Made by a program: the position numbers and the translations under genes | The notes under the pieces: model-generated | What the model saw: the letters and a program-made list of their open reading frames with translations, nothing else | The model's database searches: none | What the model was told of the DNA's origin: nothing | Source: Candidatus Oxydemutator sp. | Lineage (GTDB): Bacteria; Pseudomonadota; Gammaproteobacteria; Poriferisulfidales; Oxydemutatoraceae | Direction: 5' to 3' | NCBI GenBank assembly: GCA_965203445.1 | Contig: OZ241883.1 | Coordinates: 384,001-448,000, forward strand | Length of the DNA: 64,000 nt | Shown here: one piece after another, positions 51,220 through 61,658 of the stretch | How positions within the stretch are numbered: position 1 is the first letter of the stretch | Layout of the letters: each line of letters starts with the position of its first letter

Positions 51220-52335
51220 ATGAGGCCCCCCGTTCCCGCCCGTTACTACGAACCCCAAGCACTTGAACCACGCAACCGTCGCGACGGTATCAGCGCGATG
51301 TTGCGCGTGCGCAACGGCGCGCAGTTTTTGCGTCTCGGTCTTGAGTCGTGTATAGACGTTTTCGACGAGATCGTCGCGGTGCACCATCAATGTAGTGACG
51401 ACACGCCGCAAATTCTGCATGAATACGCGGCGGCGTACCCGGGCCGGTTCAAGGTGTACGAATATCCGCATGAGGTTTTTCCCCCGAATACCCAGGAGCA
51501 CACCGAGCAAGGGCCCGAATCGCCGCACACAATCGCCGCGTTGTGCAATTACGCGCTGTCGAAGACGACGCGGCGCTTTGCCGTCAAACATGATGCCGAC
51601 CATTTGTATTGGCCGCGTTTCGCGAAAATTGCCGATTTTGTTCGCAGCGGCCGCGCCGGCGGCCGCAGCGTGTTAGTCCCGGGCGTCAATCTGGCGCGTA
51701 CGCGCGCGGGCGCTATCGGCGTATACCGGCCGCGCCCGATTTGTGGCAACGGCGACTACCTGTTTTTCCCGGTATCGCGGGGTACTTATTACGAGCATCA
51801 AGCCTCCTATGAACTGTTGTTTCAGTCGCGGCCGCTTCCACATGTATTCGCCGGTTTCGGGTTCTGGCATTTGAAGTTTCTACAGCGGCACTACGGGGTG
51901 CATCAGCACCTGTGGCGTTACAAGCCCAATGATTTTACGAAAAAGAATAGGGGCTACGACGAGCCGGTGCCTGACAAATGCCCGGCGCCGGATGGCCGCG
52001 ACTTGTGGCGTGGCTTCATTACCCACTATGAACGTAACCTCGAAGTCATTTCGTTGGAGAAATTCATCGCCTTGTTTGGCGGTAAGAGCAGCCCGTTCTT
52101 AAGCGAGAGCCAAGTGCGATTTCCGCGACGGGGGGACTGGAGGCAGGTGCGCAGATATTTCGCACATCTGATGATGCCGCTTATAGCGTTTTCGATATCG
52201 CCTCGTGTCGGTATCTACCGCAAGAATCTTTCGCCATCCTTATTGCGTATGATGTCGCCCTATTTGCTGGCGCGTTCGGTGAAGCGGGACCTGCGCGGAG
52301 TTCCCCTGCCCGTGGAAAGCGACTTGGCGGCGTAG
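51220..52335 (+). CDS. GT-A fold glycosyltransferase (CgtA/GT2-like)
   Basis: ISAMLRVRNG, FDEIVAV...CSDDT and NYAL...KHDADH (DxD); lower GC. Confidence 0.72.
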   Translation: MRPPVPARYYEPQALEPRNRRDGISAMLRVRNGAQFLRLGLESCIDVFDEIVAVHHQCSDDTPQILHEYAAAYPGRFKVYEYPHEVFPPNTQEHTEQGPESPHTIAALCNYALSKTTRRFAVKHDADHLYWPRFAKIADFVRSGRAGGRSVLVPGVNLARTRAGAIGVYRPRPICGNGDYLFFPVSRGTYYEHQASYELLFQSRPLPHVFAGFGFWHLKFLQRHYGVHQHLWRYKPNDFTKKNRGYDEPVPDKCPAPDGRDLWRGFITHYERNLEVISLEKFIALFGGKSSPFLSESQVRFPRRGDWRQVRRYFAHLMMPLIAFSISPRVGIYRKNLSPSLLRMMSPYLLARSVKRDLRGVPLPVESDLAA

Positions 52336-52475
52336 TGGCCGTCTCGGTTTTGTTCGTGTGCTCGCGTAACCCCTGCCGTTCGGCGGCCGCGCACGGCGTG
52401 TGATGATCAGCCAATCCTTATTCCCTACTCGACCTGGTTTGTCACGTTGCGTATACAATTCCCAAGGGCTGGATT

Positions 52476-53417
52476 ATGCCGATGAACGACTTGCTGCCCG
52501 AGGCGCAGGCGGCCCTCGAACGTCTCGACGCCGTCCGCGAGGCGCCGTCCCTGCTCCCCTGTTGCGTGCGCCGCGAGACGGTGTTTTCGGCGCAAGTCGA
52601 GGGGGCGCGGTTCTCGCTGGCGGATCTTCTGCGAGGCGAAATTGCGGAAACCGGTCGCGTGCCGGATGACGTGTCTGAGAGCCTCGCGCACGTCGGCGCG
52701 CTGGAACACGGCCTTAAGCGGCTGCGCGAGGGCGCGCCGCTCGACGCACCCTTGTTGCGCGAAGTGGGCGCGAGACTCCCGCCGCCGCAACCGACACAAC
52801 CGCGCCTGGCGAGCCTGGAACCCCTGTTGCGCGACGCGGCGACGCCCGCGCTGACCACGGCGGCGCTGGTGCACGCGCGGTTCGCAGCCGACCGCTCGTT
52901 CCAGCGCGGCGACCATCGCATCGCGCGCCTGCTGGTCACGTTGATTCTGCATCGCGACCAACCGCCGCGCCGTCCGCTGTTGTGCCTGAGCCTGCACTTC
53001 AAGCGCAACCGCCGCCGCTATCACGAATTGCTCGACGGCGCGGGCAGCGACGCCGGACGGGAGGATTGGCTCGCGTTCTTTTTCACCGGCGTGTGCGACG
53101 TGGCCGGCGAGACCGAGGCGCGGGCGCAAAAACTGGCGAGTCTGATCGGGCGCGACCGCGCCCACGTCAATTCAGCCGGCGTGCCCCGCTCGGTGAACAC
53201 CGCGCATGCCGAGTTTTGCAGGCGTCCCATCAGCACTACCAGAGCGCTCGCCAACGCCATCGGCTCCTCCTACCCGACCGCGCAAAGGGCGCTGCAACGC
53301 CTCTACGAACAGGGCATGGTACACCCGCTGGACGAGGAACAACGCAACCGCCGCGCTTTCGTCTATACCGAATACCTGAAACTGCTGAATGAAGATACGG
53401 CCAAGCCCGGCACGTAA
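52476..53417 (+). CDS. Degenerate Fic-family protein with C-terminal HTH
   Basis: Inhibitory SAQVEG motif present; the catalytic motif reads RSFQRGDHRIAR instead of HPFxDGNGRxxR; C-terminal SYPTAQRALQRL...RAFVY. Confidence 0.75.
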   Translation: MPMNDLLPEAQAALERLDAVREAPSLLPCCVRRETVFSAQVEGARFSLADLLRGEIAETGRVPDDVSESLAHVGALEHGLKRLREGAPLDAPLLREVGARLPPPQPTQPRLASLEPLLRDAATPALTTAALVHARFAADRSFQRGDHRIARLLVTLILHRDQPPRRPLLCLSLHFKRNRRRYHELLDGAGSDAGREDWLAFFFTGVCDVAGETEARAQKLASLIGRDRAHVNSAGVPRSVNTAHAEFCRRPISTTRALANAIGSSYPTAQRALQRLYEQGMVHPLDEEQRNRRAFVYTEYLKLLNEDTAKPGT

Positions 53418-53539
53418 TTACGTGGCGCCGCCGTTCGCCGGAGTCGGTGCCCGGCGTCCGCCGGAGAGCGCCACGTGGCGGGAATTGCGGATACAGTGCC
53501 GCGAATCCGATCGGTCGGAGAAACCGTGGTTCCGACCTC

Positions 53540-54406
53540 TTAACGAACCGCGCGCGGCGCCGGCTTGCGCTCTTTCTTTGCGCGTGAACGGGGCAGTTTG
53601 CGAGACAATGGCGCGTGTGTATGGTGCTCGTCCGCCCGCATACCGAACGCGATCAAAGCGACGCCGGCGACGGCGAGCGGCAGCGACAGCATCTGCCCCA
53701 TCGTCAGCCAGCCCCACGCGATATAGCCTATGTGCGCGTCGGGTTCACGAACGAACTCGACCGCAAAGCGCATACCCGCGTAGAGCAGCGCGAACGTGCC
53801 GCTTACCGCGCCGGCGCGGCGCGGACGCGACGAGTAGAACCACAGGATTGCGAACAGCACGACGCCCTCCAGCAGAAATTCGTACAGTTGCGAGGGATGG
53901 CGCGCGACGTCGCCCGCGGCCGGAAAGACCATTGCCCACGGCAGGTCGGTGGCACGCCCCCACAATTCGCCGTTGATGAAGTTGCCGATGCGCCCGGCAC
54001 CCAGGCCGACAGGCACCAGCGGCGCGGCGAAATCGGCGGCCTGCAAAAATCCCAGGCCGCGCGCGCGCGCGAACACCGACAGCGCGACGAGCGCGCCCAG
54101 CAGGCCGCCGTGAAAACTCATGCCGCCCTCCCAGACGCGAAACAGCATCAACGGGTCGTGCACGAAAGCAGAGAAGTTGTAAAACAGCACGTAGCCGGCG
54201 CGCCCGCCGACGATGATGCCGATGACGCCGTAGAACAGCAGGTCGGCGACCTGCGACTCCTCGATCTTTTGCCACGCGAGGCGCGCGCGGCGCACACCGA
54301 GAAAATAAAAGGCGGCGAAGCCCAGCAGGTACATCAGGCCGTACCAGCGCACCTGCAACGGGCCGAAGGAAATCGCCACGGGATCGAACTCGGGAAAGGT
54401 CAGCAC
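53540..54406 (-). CDS. lgt: Prolipoprotein diacylglyceryl transferase
   Basis: DPVAISFGPLQVRWYGLMY, GGMSFHGG, GRIGNFINGELWG, HPSQLYE and EFVREPD. Confidence 0.97.
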   Translation of the reverse strand: MLTFPEFDPVAISFGPLQVRWYGLMYLLGFAAFYFLGVRRARLAWQKIEESQVADLLFYGVIGIIVGGRAGYVLFYNFSAFVHDPLMLFRVWEGGMSFHGGLLGALVALSVFARARGLGFLQAADFAAPLVPVGLGAGRIGNFINGELWGRATDLPWAMVFPAAGDVARHPSQLYEFLLEGVVLFAILWFYSSRPRRAGAVSGTFALLYAGMRFAVEFVREPDAHIGYIAWGWLTMGQMLSLPLAVAGVALIAFGMRADEHHTHAPLSRKLPRSRAKKERKPAPRAVR

Positions 54407-54442
54407 GCGGTTATGGTAACCGACGCCGCGTAAAATGCGGCA

Positions 54443-56545
54443 ATGTCGGGTAACATAGCGCGCGCGATGAGCGCAAGACAAAACCGCCTGGCGGACGAGA
54501 CCAGCCCGTATCTGCGACAGCACGCCGACAACCCGGTGGACTGGTTTCCGTGGGGCGACGAGGCGCTGGCCAAGGCGCGCGCCGAGGACAAGCCGGTGCT
54601 GTTGTCGGTCGGTTATTCGGCTTGCCACTGGTGCCACGTGATGGCGCACGAGTCGTTCGAGGACGCGCGCACCGCGGCCTTGATGAACGAGTTGTTCGTC
54701 AACGTAAAGGTGGACCGGGAGGAGCGCCCCGACCTCGACAAGATCTACCAGACCGCGCAGGTGCTGCTGACGCAGCGCAGCGGCGGCTGGCCGCTGACGA
54801 TGTTTCTGACGCCCGACGACCAGGCGCCTTTCTTCGGCGGCACCTACTTTCCGAAAGAGCGGCGCCACGGTATGCCTCCCTTCATGGAGGTGCTGCGTCT
54901 GGTCCATGATTACTACCGCGAGCGACGCGACGAGATACGCGGCCAGGCCGACGCGGTGCGCGGTGCGCTCGCGGCGATATACGACGGCGACGCGGCGGCG
55001 TCCGCACCGTCGCCGCGCCTGCCGGACGACGCCGCGCGCGCGCTCGAAAGCGCGTTCGATTCGCGCCACGGCGGCTTCGGAGGCGCGCCGAAGTTCCCGC
55101 AGTGCGCCTGTCTCGAGTTTCTGCTCGACCATTGGGCACGCAACAAGACCGCCGGCACCGACGATCCGCGCAGCGCGCACGTCGCGTTGTTCACGCTGGA
55201 GCGCATGAGCGGCGGCGGCGTCTATGACCAGCTCGGCGGCGGTTTCTACCGCTACTCGGTGGACGAGCGCTGGGCGATTCCGCACTTCGAGAAGATGCTC
55301 TACGACAACGGCCCGTTGCTCGGGTTGCTGGCACGGGCGTGGAGCGTCGGCGGCGGCGCCGGCTTCGGCGACAAGGCGCGCGAGACCGCACGCTGGGTCA
55401 TGCGCGAGATGCAGTCGCCCGAAGGCGGTTATTACTCGACGTTGGACGCGGATTCGCCGCAGGGCGAGGGCGCGTATTACCTATGGGACAAGGCCGAGGT
55501 CGAGCGTCTGCTGGGGCCGGACTACGCCGCTTTTGAATACCGCTTCGGATTGGACGCGCCGGCGAACTTTGAAGGGCGCTGGCATCTGGCCGAACACCAC
55601 GACGTCGCTCAGACCGCGGCCCACGTCGAACGCGCGCCCGACGACGTGCGCCGCGTACTTGAGCGCGCGCGGCAAAAACTTTTCGAGCACCGGTGCGCGC
55701 GCACGCCGCCGGGGCGCGACGAGAAGATCCTTGCGTCGTGGAACGCGCTGATGATCAAGGGCATGGCGCAGGCCGCGTGGCTGCTCGACGAGCCGGATTA
55801 CGCGGCCTCGGCGCGGCGCGCGTTGGCGTTCATCCGCGGCGCCATGTGGCGGGACGGGCGCCTGCTTGCGGCGTACAAGGACGGCACCGCGCGTCTCAAC
55901 GCCTATGTCGACGATTACGCTTTTCTCGTGGACGCGATCCTGTATCTGAACCAGGCGTCCTGGGACGACGGGGATTTCGACTTCGCCGTGCGCCTCGCCG
56001 ACCTGTTGCTCGATCACTACGAGGACCGCGACCGCGGCGGTTTTTATTTCACGTCGCACGATCACGAGAACCTGCTCGAGCGCCCGCGCGTGCTGGCCGA
56101 CGAGGCGACGCCGTCGGGTTACGGCACGGCCGCGCTCGCGCTCGGGCGCCTCGGCGGGATACTCGGCGACGAAAGATACCTGCGCGCGGCGGCGCGCGCG
56201 CTGGAGCGGGCGGCCGCCGCCATGCAACGCGCCCCCGAACAGCACGCGACGTTGTTGAGGGCCTACGCCGAGCAACGCGAACCGCCGGAGATCGTCATCA
56301 TCCGAGGCGCGGGCGAAACCTTGCGGCGGTGGTCGCGCGAGGCCGCACGGCATTGCCACCCGGCGCGCTTGTGTTTCGCGCTCCCGGCACGGACGCGGGG
56401 CCTGCCGCGGGCCCTTGCCGACAAGCGCGCCGCCGGCGCCGCGATCGCGTACCCGTGCCGGGGCACGGCGTGCGCCGAACCGTTGCGCGACCTCGGCGCT
56501 TTCGCGGATTACCTGAAGGCGACCGCCGTGCGCCTCGACGCGTGA
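54443..56545 (+). CDS. Thioredoxin-domain protein, YyaL/SSP411 (DUF255) family
   Basis: [37 protein letters not shown] and [10 protein letters not shown]. Confidence 0.93.
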   Translation: MSGNIARAMSARQNRLADETSPYLRQHADNPVDWFPWGDEALAKARAEDKPVLLSVGYSACHWCHVMAHESFEDARTAALMNELFVNVKVDREERPDLDKIYQTAQVLLTQRSGGWPLTMFLTPDDQAPFFGGTYFPKERRHGMPPFMEVLRLVHDYYRERRDEIRGQADAVRGALAAIYDGDAAASAPSPRLPDDAARALESAFDSRHGGFGGAPKFPQCACLEFLLDHWARNKTAGTDDPRSAHVALFTLERMSGGGVYDQLGGGFYRYSVDERWAIPHFEKMLYDNGPLLGLLARAWSVGGGAGFGDKARETARWVMREMQSPEGGYYSTLDADSPQGEGAYYLWDKAEVERLLGPDYAAFEYRFGLDAPANFEGRWHLAEHHDVAQTAAHVERAPDDVRRVLERARQKLFEHRCARTPPGRDEKILASWNALMIKGMAQAAWLLDEPDYAASARRALAFIRGAMWRDGRLLAAYKDGTARLNAYVDDYAFLVDAILYLNQASWDDGDFDFAVRLADLLLDHYEDRDRGGFYFTSHDHENLLERPRVLADEATPSGYGTAALALGRLGGILGDERYLRAAARALERAAAAMQRAPEQHATLLRAYAEQREPPEIVIIRGAGETLRRWSREAARHCHPARLCFALPARTRGLPRALADKRAAGAAIAYPCRGTACAEPLRDLGAFADYLKATAVRLDA

Positions 56546-56560
56546 ACGCGTGACGGGCGC

Positions 56561-57313
56561 ATGAAGAATTTGCGTTGCGCAACCAGGATATTGCTGGCCG
56601 GTTCGCACGTGCTGCTCGCGTTGATCTTGTCGTTCTTCCTGCTGCCGGCAAAGCCGGAAAGCGGCGTCAGCCGCTTTCAGCAAAACGTGATATCGTGGCT
56701 GATGCGCCGCTGCCTCAGGTTGTTGTGCGTGCGCGTCGAGGTGCGCGGACAGCCGCGCGAGGGCACCCGGCTGATCGTCTCGAACCACGTCTCGTGGCTC
56801 GACGTTCTGTTGATAGGCAGCGTGTGCCCGGTGTGTTTCCTGTCGAAGGCCGAAGTCAGACGCTGGTTTGTCTTCGGCCGTCTGGCGGTGCGTTTCGGCA
56901 CCATATTCATCGAGCGCGGCAGCGGTGCCGGCGGCGCGCTCGACGCAATCGGCGCGCGTCTGTCGCGCGGCGTCGCGGTCGCGGTGTTTCCCGAGGGCAC
57001 CACCACCGACGGCACTTCGGTGCGACCTTTTTATCCGCGCATGTTGGCGGCCGCGATCGACACCGGCGTTCTCGTGCAACCGGTAGTGTTGTGCTACCCC
57101 ACGGGCGACGGCGGCGTCAGCGCGCTGGTGCCGTTCACCCGCGACCAGACGCTGTTTCAGCACATCCTGTCGCTGCTGAAGGAGAAGTCCATCGCCGCCG
57201 TCGTCAGCTTCACGCCGCCGATAGACCCGCGCGGTGTCGACCGCCGTCAGTTGGCCGCGCGCGCGCGCGACGCCATCGTCGCCGAACTGAAAAACGTCGC
57301 CGCCGCGGCCTGA
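56561..57313 (+). CDS. Lysophospholipid acyltransferase (PlsC family)
   Basis: SNHVSWLD (HxxxxD), FIER and FPEGTT. Confidence 0.9.
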   Translation: MKNLRCATRILLAGSHVLLALILSFFLLPAKPESGVSRFQQNVISWLMRRCLRLLCVRVEVRGQPREGTRLIVSNHVSWLDVLLIGSVCPVCFLSKAEVRRWFVFGRLAVRFGTIFIERGSGAGGALDAIGARLSRGVAVAVFPEGTTTDGTSVRPFYPRMLAAAIDTGVLVQPVVLCYPTGDGGVSALVPFTRDQTLFQHILSLLKEKSIAAVVSFTPPIDPRGVDRRQLAARARDAIVAELKNVAAAA

Positions 57314-57349
57314 GGTGCTGTGCTATCATGGCGCGGCCTGTGCCGCGAT

Positions 57350-57426
57350 CGGAGTGTAGCTCAGCCTGGTAGAGCACTGCCTTCGGGAGGCAGGGGCCGG
57401 AGGTTCAAATCCTCTCACTCCGACCA
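57350..57426 (+). tRNA. tRNA-Pro (CGG)
   Basis: Cloverleaf CGGAGTG...CACTCCG-ACCA, anticodon arm ctgcc-ttCGGga-ggcag, T-loop GGTTCAAATCC. Confidence 0.97.
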
Positions 57427-57505
57427 CGCGTGAACGATGAGGAAAAACGCACGGGCCGCGGGCCGAACCGGTTCACAACGGGCGATTCGACGGTTTGCGC
57501 TGAAA

Positions 57506-58180
57506 TTGAAAGAGACGAAAGTCACATTCATCCTGGTCTGCGCCGTGGCGTTGTGCGCCGCGACCGGCGTCGCTTCGGCGTGTTCGCGCGCCGACGTCGA
57601 CTACTATCTTGAAAAAGGCTACACCCGCGAGCAGGTCGCCGCGATTTGCGACGAGGGGCGCGCGCCGGGCGGACTGCGCAAGCGCGACTACGAAACGTAC
57701 GACGACGCCCGCGAGGAGGAGATCCGCGACGACGTCCGCGGACGCGGACGCGACGGGAACATCGCGTTCCTGCAATCGGCGGTGAGCGCCTGGGACGTGA
57801 AGGCCACGCCGCGCCACCTCACTTACACCAGAAAGCTTTGTCTCGGCGCGGGTGGCGGCCGCGAGGTGACGGCGCGTATCAAGATCTGTCCGGAAGTGCG
57901 CTACCGCGTGTATTTCGCGGGCCTGAAGGTGCACGGTCACCAGCGCGAGTTCGTCCCGCCCGGCACGCGCGAGATCGAGGTCGAGGGCAAGGTCAAGCGC
58001 AAACTGCTGCACGACTTCGACGAGTATCCGCCCGCGACCCGCCGGCAGTTGCTCGGTTCCTACCGCGCGCGCACGCGCCAGGGCGGCACCGCGATTCCGA
58101 TTCGCAAAGACTACCCGATGCAGCGGGTGTACCAGATTCTGCGCGCCTATGCCAACCGCGCTGCGCACGCCGCGTCCTGA
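57506..58180 (+). CDS. Hypothetical exported protein
   Basis: Signal-peptide-like N-terminus (VTFILVCAVALCAATGVASA), host-like codon usage; start uncertain. Confidence 0.65.
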   Translation: MKETKVTFILVCAVALCAATGVASACSRADVDYYLEKGYTREQVAAICDEGRAPGGLRKRDYETYDDAREEEIRDDVRGRGRDGNIAFLQSAVSAWDVKATPRHLTYTRKLCLGAGGGREVTARIKICPEVRYRVYFAGLKVHGHQREFVPPGTREIEVEGKVKRKLLHDFDEYPPATRRQLLGSYRARTRQGGTAIPIRKDYPMQRVYQILRAYANRAAHAAS

Positions 58181-58206
58181 GTTCCGGCCGTGAGGGTGCC
58201 AGGGCG

Positions 58207-59739
58207 CTAGGGCGCTCGGTTCACGATAACCGACGGCGCCTCCATCTCCTCGGGGATCGCAAGCCCCATCAGCTCGAGCACCGTCGGCGCGATGCTGCTG
58301 ATGCTGCAACCGCTGGCCAGTTGGTTCGGCGCGCCGTCACCGGCGACGATCAGGCACGGCACCGGGTTGTTGGTGTGCTGCGTGTTCGGCTGCTTGGTGG
58401 CGGTGTCCAGCATTTCGTCGCAGTTGCCGTGGTCGGCGGTGATCAGCGTCGTCCAGCCGTGCGCGAGCGCGTCCTCGACGATGCGCCCGACTTCGCGGTC
58501 GACCGTTTCCACGGCCTTGATAATCGGTTCCGGCGTCGCGGTGTGCCCGACCATGTCGGCGTTGGCGAAGTTGACGACGGCGAAGGCGTGCTCCTTCTTG
58601 CGCAGCGCGGCTATCGTCGCGTCGGCGACTTCCTTGGCGCTCATCTCCGGCTGGACGTCATAAGTCGCAACGTTCGGCGACTTGATCAACGCGCGGTCTT
58701 CGCCCGGCAAGGGCTGCTCGACGCCGCCGTTGAAGAAAAACGTCACGTGCGGGTATTTCTCGGTCTCGGCGCAGTGAAACTGTCTCAGGCCGGCGTCGCT
58801 GATGATGCGCGCGAGCGTCGTCTTCGGGCGGATCGGGGAGAACGCGATCAGACACGGGAAGCTTTGGTCTATCTCGGTCATCGTCGCGACGTTGGCGAGC
58901 GCCGCGCCGCCGCGGTCGAACTTGTCGAAGTCGGCGATGGCCAGCGCCTTGATCAGCTGGCGCGGGCGGTCGTTGCGAAAGTTGAACAGGATGACGTTCT
59001 CGCCGGCCAGCGGCCGTGCGTGCGGCAGCACCGTCGGTTCGATAAACTCGTCGCTGACGCCGGCTTCGTAGGCCGCACTGATTGCGGCCGCGGCATCGTC
59101 GGCGCGCGCGCCGTCGGCCGTGGCCAGCGCGCGCCACGCTTTTTCGGTGCGCTCCCAGCGGTTGTCGCGGTCCATCGCGTAATAGCGCCCCGTCACCGTG
59201 GCGATGACGCCGCCGGCGCGTTCGAGCGGGTCTTGCAGCTCAGCGACAAATTTGTGCGCGCAGCGCGGCAGCGTATCGCGTCCGTCGGTGATCAAGTGCA
59301 CCACCGGCCGACACTCGAGGTCGCGCGCCAGTCGGATCAGCGCCAGCAGGTGACGCAGATGGGAGTGCACACCGCCGTCCGAAACCAGGCCGAGCAGGTG
59401 AATCGGGCGGTTCGCCCCTTTCGCCTTCTTGATCATGAAGGCCAGCGACGGATTGTCGAAGAATTCGCCGCTCTCGATGGCCTCGTTGATGCGCACCAGG
59501 TCCTGCGGAATCACGCAGCCGCAACCCATCGTGATGTGGCCGACCTCGGAGTTGCCGATCTGTCCCGGCGGCAGGCCGACCGCCGGGCCCGACGCCTCGA
59601 GCAGGGTATGGGGATAGTCGGCGAACAGGCGGTCGAGGTGGGGCGTGTCGGCCAGGTAAATCGCGTTGTTGGTCTTGGCGGGGCTGATGCCGAAGCCGTC
59701 TATGATGATCAGCAGCGTTCTGTTGACGGCGGGCGGCAT
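58207..59739 (-). CDS. gpmI: 2,3-bisphosphoglycerate-independent phosphoglycerate mutase
   Basis: IIDGFG, GNSEVGH, SDGGVHSH, DGRD, AETEKYPHVTFFFNGG, DMVGH and TADHGN. Confidence 0.97.
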   Translation of the reverse strand: MPPAVNRTLLIIIDGFGISPAKTNNAIYLADTPHLDRLFADYPHTLLEASGPAVGLPPGQIGNSEVGHITMGCGCVIPQDLVRINEAIESGEFFDNPSLAFMIKKAKGANRPIHLLGLVSDGGVHSHLRHLLALIRLARDLECRPVVHLITDGRDTLPRCAHKFVAELQDPLERAGGVIATVTGRYYAMDRDNRWERTEKAWRALATADGARADDAAAAISAAYEAGVSDEFIEPTVLPHARPLAGENVILFNFRNDRPRQLIKALAIADFDKFDRGGAALANVATMTEIDQSFPCLIAFSPIRPKTTLARIISDAGLRQFHCAETEKYPHVTFFFNGGVEQPLPGEDRALIKSPNVATYDVQPEMSAKEVADATIAALRKKEHAFAVVNFANADMVGHTATPEPIIKAVETVDREVGRIVEDALAHGWTTLITADHGNCDEMLDTATKQPNTQHTNNPVPCLIVAGDGAPNQLASGCSISSIAPTVLELMGLAIPEEMEAPSVIVNRAP

Positions 59740-59788
59740 GGAGCGGCTAATGTATAGCAGACGCGGACGCGGTTCAAGCGGGTGCGGC

Positions 59789-60592
59789 CTAGCGTTCGTC
59801 TTCGCCGGGTGTCGTCGCCGGCGACGCGCCCTCGGCGCGTTCGTCGCCGCCGCGTTCGACCAGGCGCGCGAGCACCAGGCCCAGCTCGAACAGCAACCAG
59901 ATCGGCACCGCCAACAGCACTTGCGATATGACGTCCGGCGGCGTCAGCGCCATGCCGAGCACGAACGCACCGACGATGATGTACGGGCGCTTGCGCGCCA
60001 GCCCCTCGACCGTCGTCGAGCCGGCCTTGACCAGCACCAACGTCACCACCGGCACCTCGAAAGCGGCGCCGAACGCGAAGAATATCTTGACGACGAAATC
60101 GAGGTAGCGGCCGATGTCGGTCATCACGGTCACGCCCTGCGGCGCGACGCCGGTAAAAAACGCGAACATCAGCGGGAAGGCGACGAAATAGGCGAACGCC
60201 ATGCCGACGTAGAACAACAACGTGCTAGAGAGCAACAACGGCATTGCGATGCGTTTCTCGTTGCGGTAGAGACCGGGTGCCACGAACCCCCACAGTTGAT
60301 AGAAGATCAGCGGTATGGCGATGACCAGCGCCAGCAGCATCGTCATCTTGAACGGCGTCAGAAAGGGCGAGGCGACCTCGATTGCGACCATCGAGCTGCC
60401 TTGCGGCAGATACTCGATCAGCGGCGCCGAAAGATAGTTGTATATCGGGTTGGCGAACGGGAACAGCACGAGAAAAATCGCGCCGGTGCCGATGAAGATC
60501 TTGAGCAGCCGCTGGCGCAGCTCGACCAAGTGCGAGACGATCGGGCGCTCGCCGTCAGTCTCTGCCGAGCGGCCGGTCTTCCGATCGGACAT
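59789..60592 (-). CDS. tatC: Twin-arginine translocase subunit TatC
   Basis: SHLVELRQRL, YQLWGFVAPGLY, FEVP and TPPDVISQ. Confidence 0.96.
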   Translation of the reverse strand: MSDRKTGRSAETDGERPIVSHLVELRQRLLKIFIGTGAIFLVLFPFANPIYNYLSAPLIEYLPQGSSMVAIEVASPFLTPFKMTMLLALVIAIPLIFYQLWGFVAPGLYRNEKRIAMPLLLSSTLLFYVGMAFAYFVAFPLMFAFFTGVAPQGVTVMTDIGRYLDFVVKIFFAFGAAFEVPVVTLVLVKAGSTTVEGLARKRPYIIVGAFVLGMALTPPDVISQVLLAVPIWLLFELGLVLARLVERGGDERAEGASPATTPGEDER

Positions 60593-61001
60593 CCTGGGTG
60601 TTCGGGGTTTCCCTTGTGTCCGGAGTTTCGTCACGCGGCGCGGCGCGTTCGCTGGCGGCGGGCGCGGCGGCGGGCGCGGTGCCGGACGTTTCGTCGGGCG
60701 AGTAGCGCCCGCTTTCGATCTGCTCCTCGATGGATTGCACCAGCGGATCGGTGTTGCGCAGATCGCGGTTGATCCGCCGTTGCGCGTCGCCTAGCACGTC
60801 GTGCGTGTCGTTCATGATCTTTTTCAGGTCGCCGGCGCGCGTCTCGTTCATGAAGTCGGCCCTGAACTGGTTGGCGATGCCGCGCACGCGCCCCAACCAT
60901 TGCCCGAGGGTCGCGGCCAGCGCCGGCAGGCGCTCGGGGCCGACGACCAGCAACGCGACGAACAGGATCAGCGCGAGCTCCCAGAAACCGAAGTCAGCCA
61001 T
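60555..61001 (-). CDS. tatB: Twin-arginine translocase subunit TatB
   Basis: MADFGFWELALILFVALLVVGPERLP. Confidence 0.93.
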   Translation of the reverse strand: MADFGFWELALILFVALLVVGPERLPALAATLGQWLGRVRGIANQFRADFMNETRAGDLKKIMNDTHDVLGDAQRRINRDLRNTDPLVQSIEEQIESGRYSPDETSGTAPAAAPAASERAAPRDETPDTRETPNTQDVRSEDRPLGRD

Positions 61002-61010
61002 CGCCGCGCC

Positions 61011-61208
61011 CTACTCCTTCTTGTCGGCCGCCTGCTCGTCGGTTACCCGCTGCTGCTTGTCTGCGGCGCCGTCTTCCTCGCCCATGGACTTCTTGAAACT
61101 CTTGATCGCGCTGCCCAGGTCGGAACCAAGACTTCTCAGCTTCTTGGTGCCGAACAGCAGCACGACGATCACCAAAATCAAGAGTATTTGCAGGGGACCC
61201 CAACTCAT
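61011..61208 (-). CDS. tatA: Twin-arginine translocase subunit TatA
   Basis: [34 protein letters not shown]. Confidence 0.95.
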   Translation of the reverse strand: MSWGPLQILLILVIVVLLFGTKKLRSLGSDLGSAIKSFKKSMGEEDGAADKQQRVTDEQAADKKE

Positions 61209-61302
61209 AGTTTTGCTCCGTACAGGATGGCGCGCGGGCGCGAACCGAATTATTGTAGCACTTTTCGTCTTCCAGGGGGGTGCTTGACCATTTTGTGTCA
61301 AA

Positions 61303-61412
61303 CCAGAACACAAACGTCCTACCGTTTCCAAAGCACAGATGTCCTATTGCCGGCGGCGCTTAGCGCTTTCAGGGTCTTCCCGCCAGCGCGTCCCCACGGG
61401 TGATCCTGCGCC
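61303..61412. mobile_element. Partial inverted copy of the 51000-51163 MITE plus an extra terminal motif
   Basis: 61328-61412 is the reverse complement of ~51081-51163; an additional ccagaacacaaacgtccta lies at 61303. Confidence 0.7.
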
Positions 61413-61647
61413 CTTCACCGGCATAGACCCGATCTCGATTGCCGAAGTCCAAAAACTCATGCTACACTTAAAAGCCAAAGGAATCGGACTGCTGATAACC
61501 GATCACAACGTCCGCGAAACACTGAAAATCTGCGACCGCGGATACATCTTCCATCACGGCGAGATCATCGCACAAGGAACGCCGCGCGAAATTCTCGCCC
61601 ACCAGACGGTGCGCAAGGTGTACCTGGGATCGCAATTCAAAATCTGA
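61411..61647 (+). pseudogene. lptB: 3' fragment of the LPS export ATPase lptB
   Basis: PFTGIDPISI...GIGLLITDHNVRETL...VRKVYLG; everything up to Walker B is missing. Confidence 0.85.
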
Positions 61648-61658
61648 CCGAGAGGCAC

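Noticed and set aside
53540-55285. 581-aa extended Lgt
   Set aside because: The N-terminal extension is antisense to the DUF255 gene; the true start is GTG at 54406.
57350-57426. tRNA-Pro as an island attachment site
   Set aside because: No integrase and no duplicated tRNA 3' end nearby; the flanking genes look host-like.
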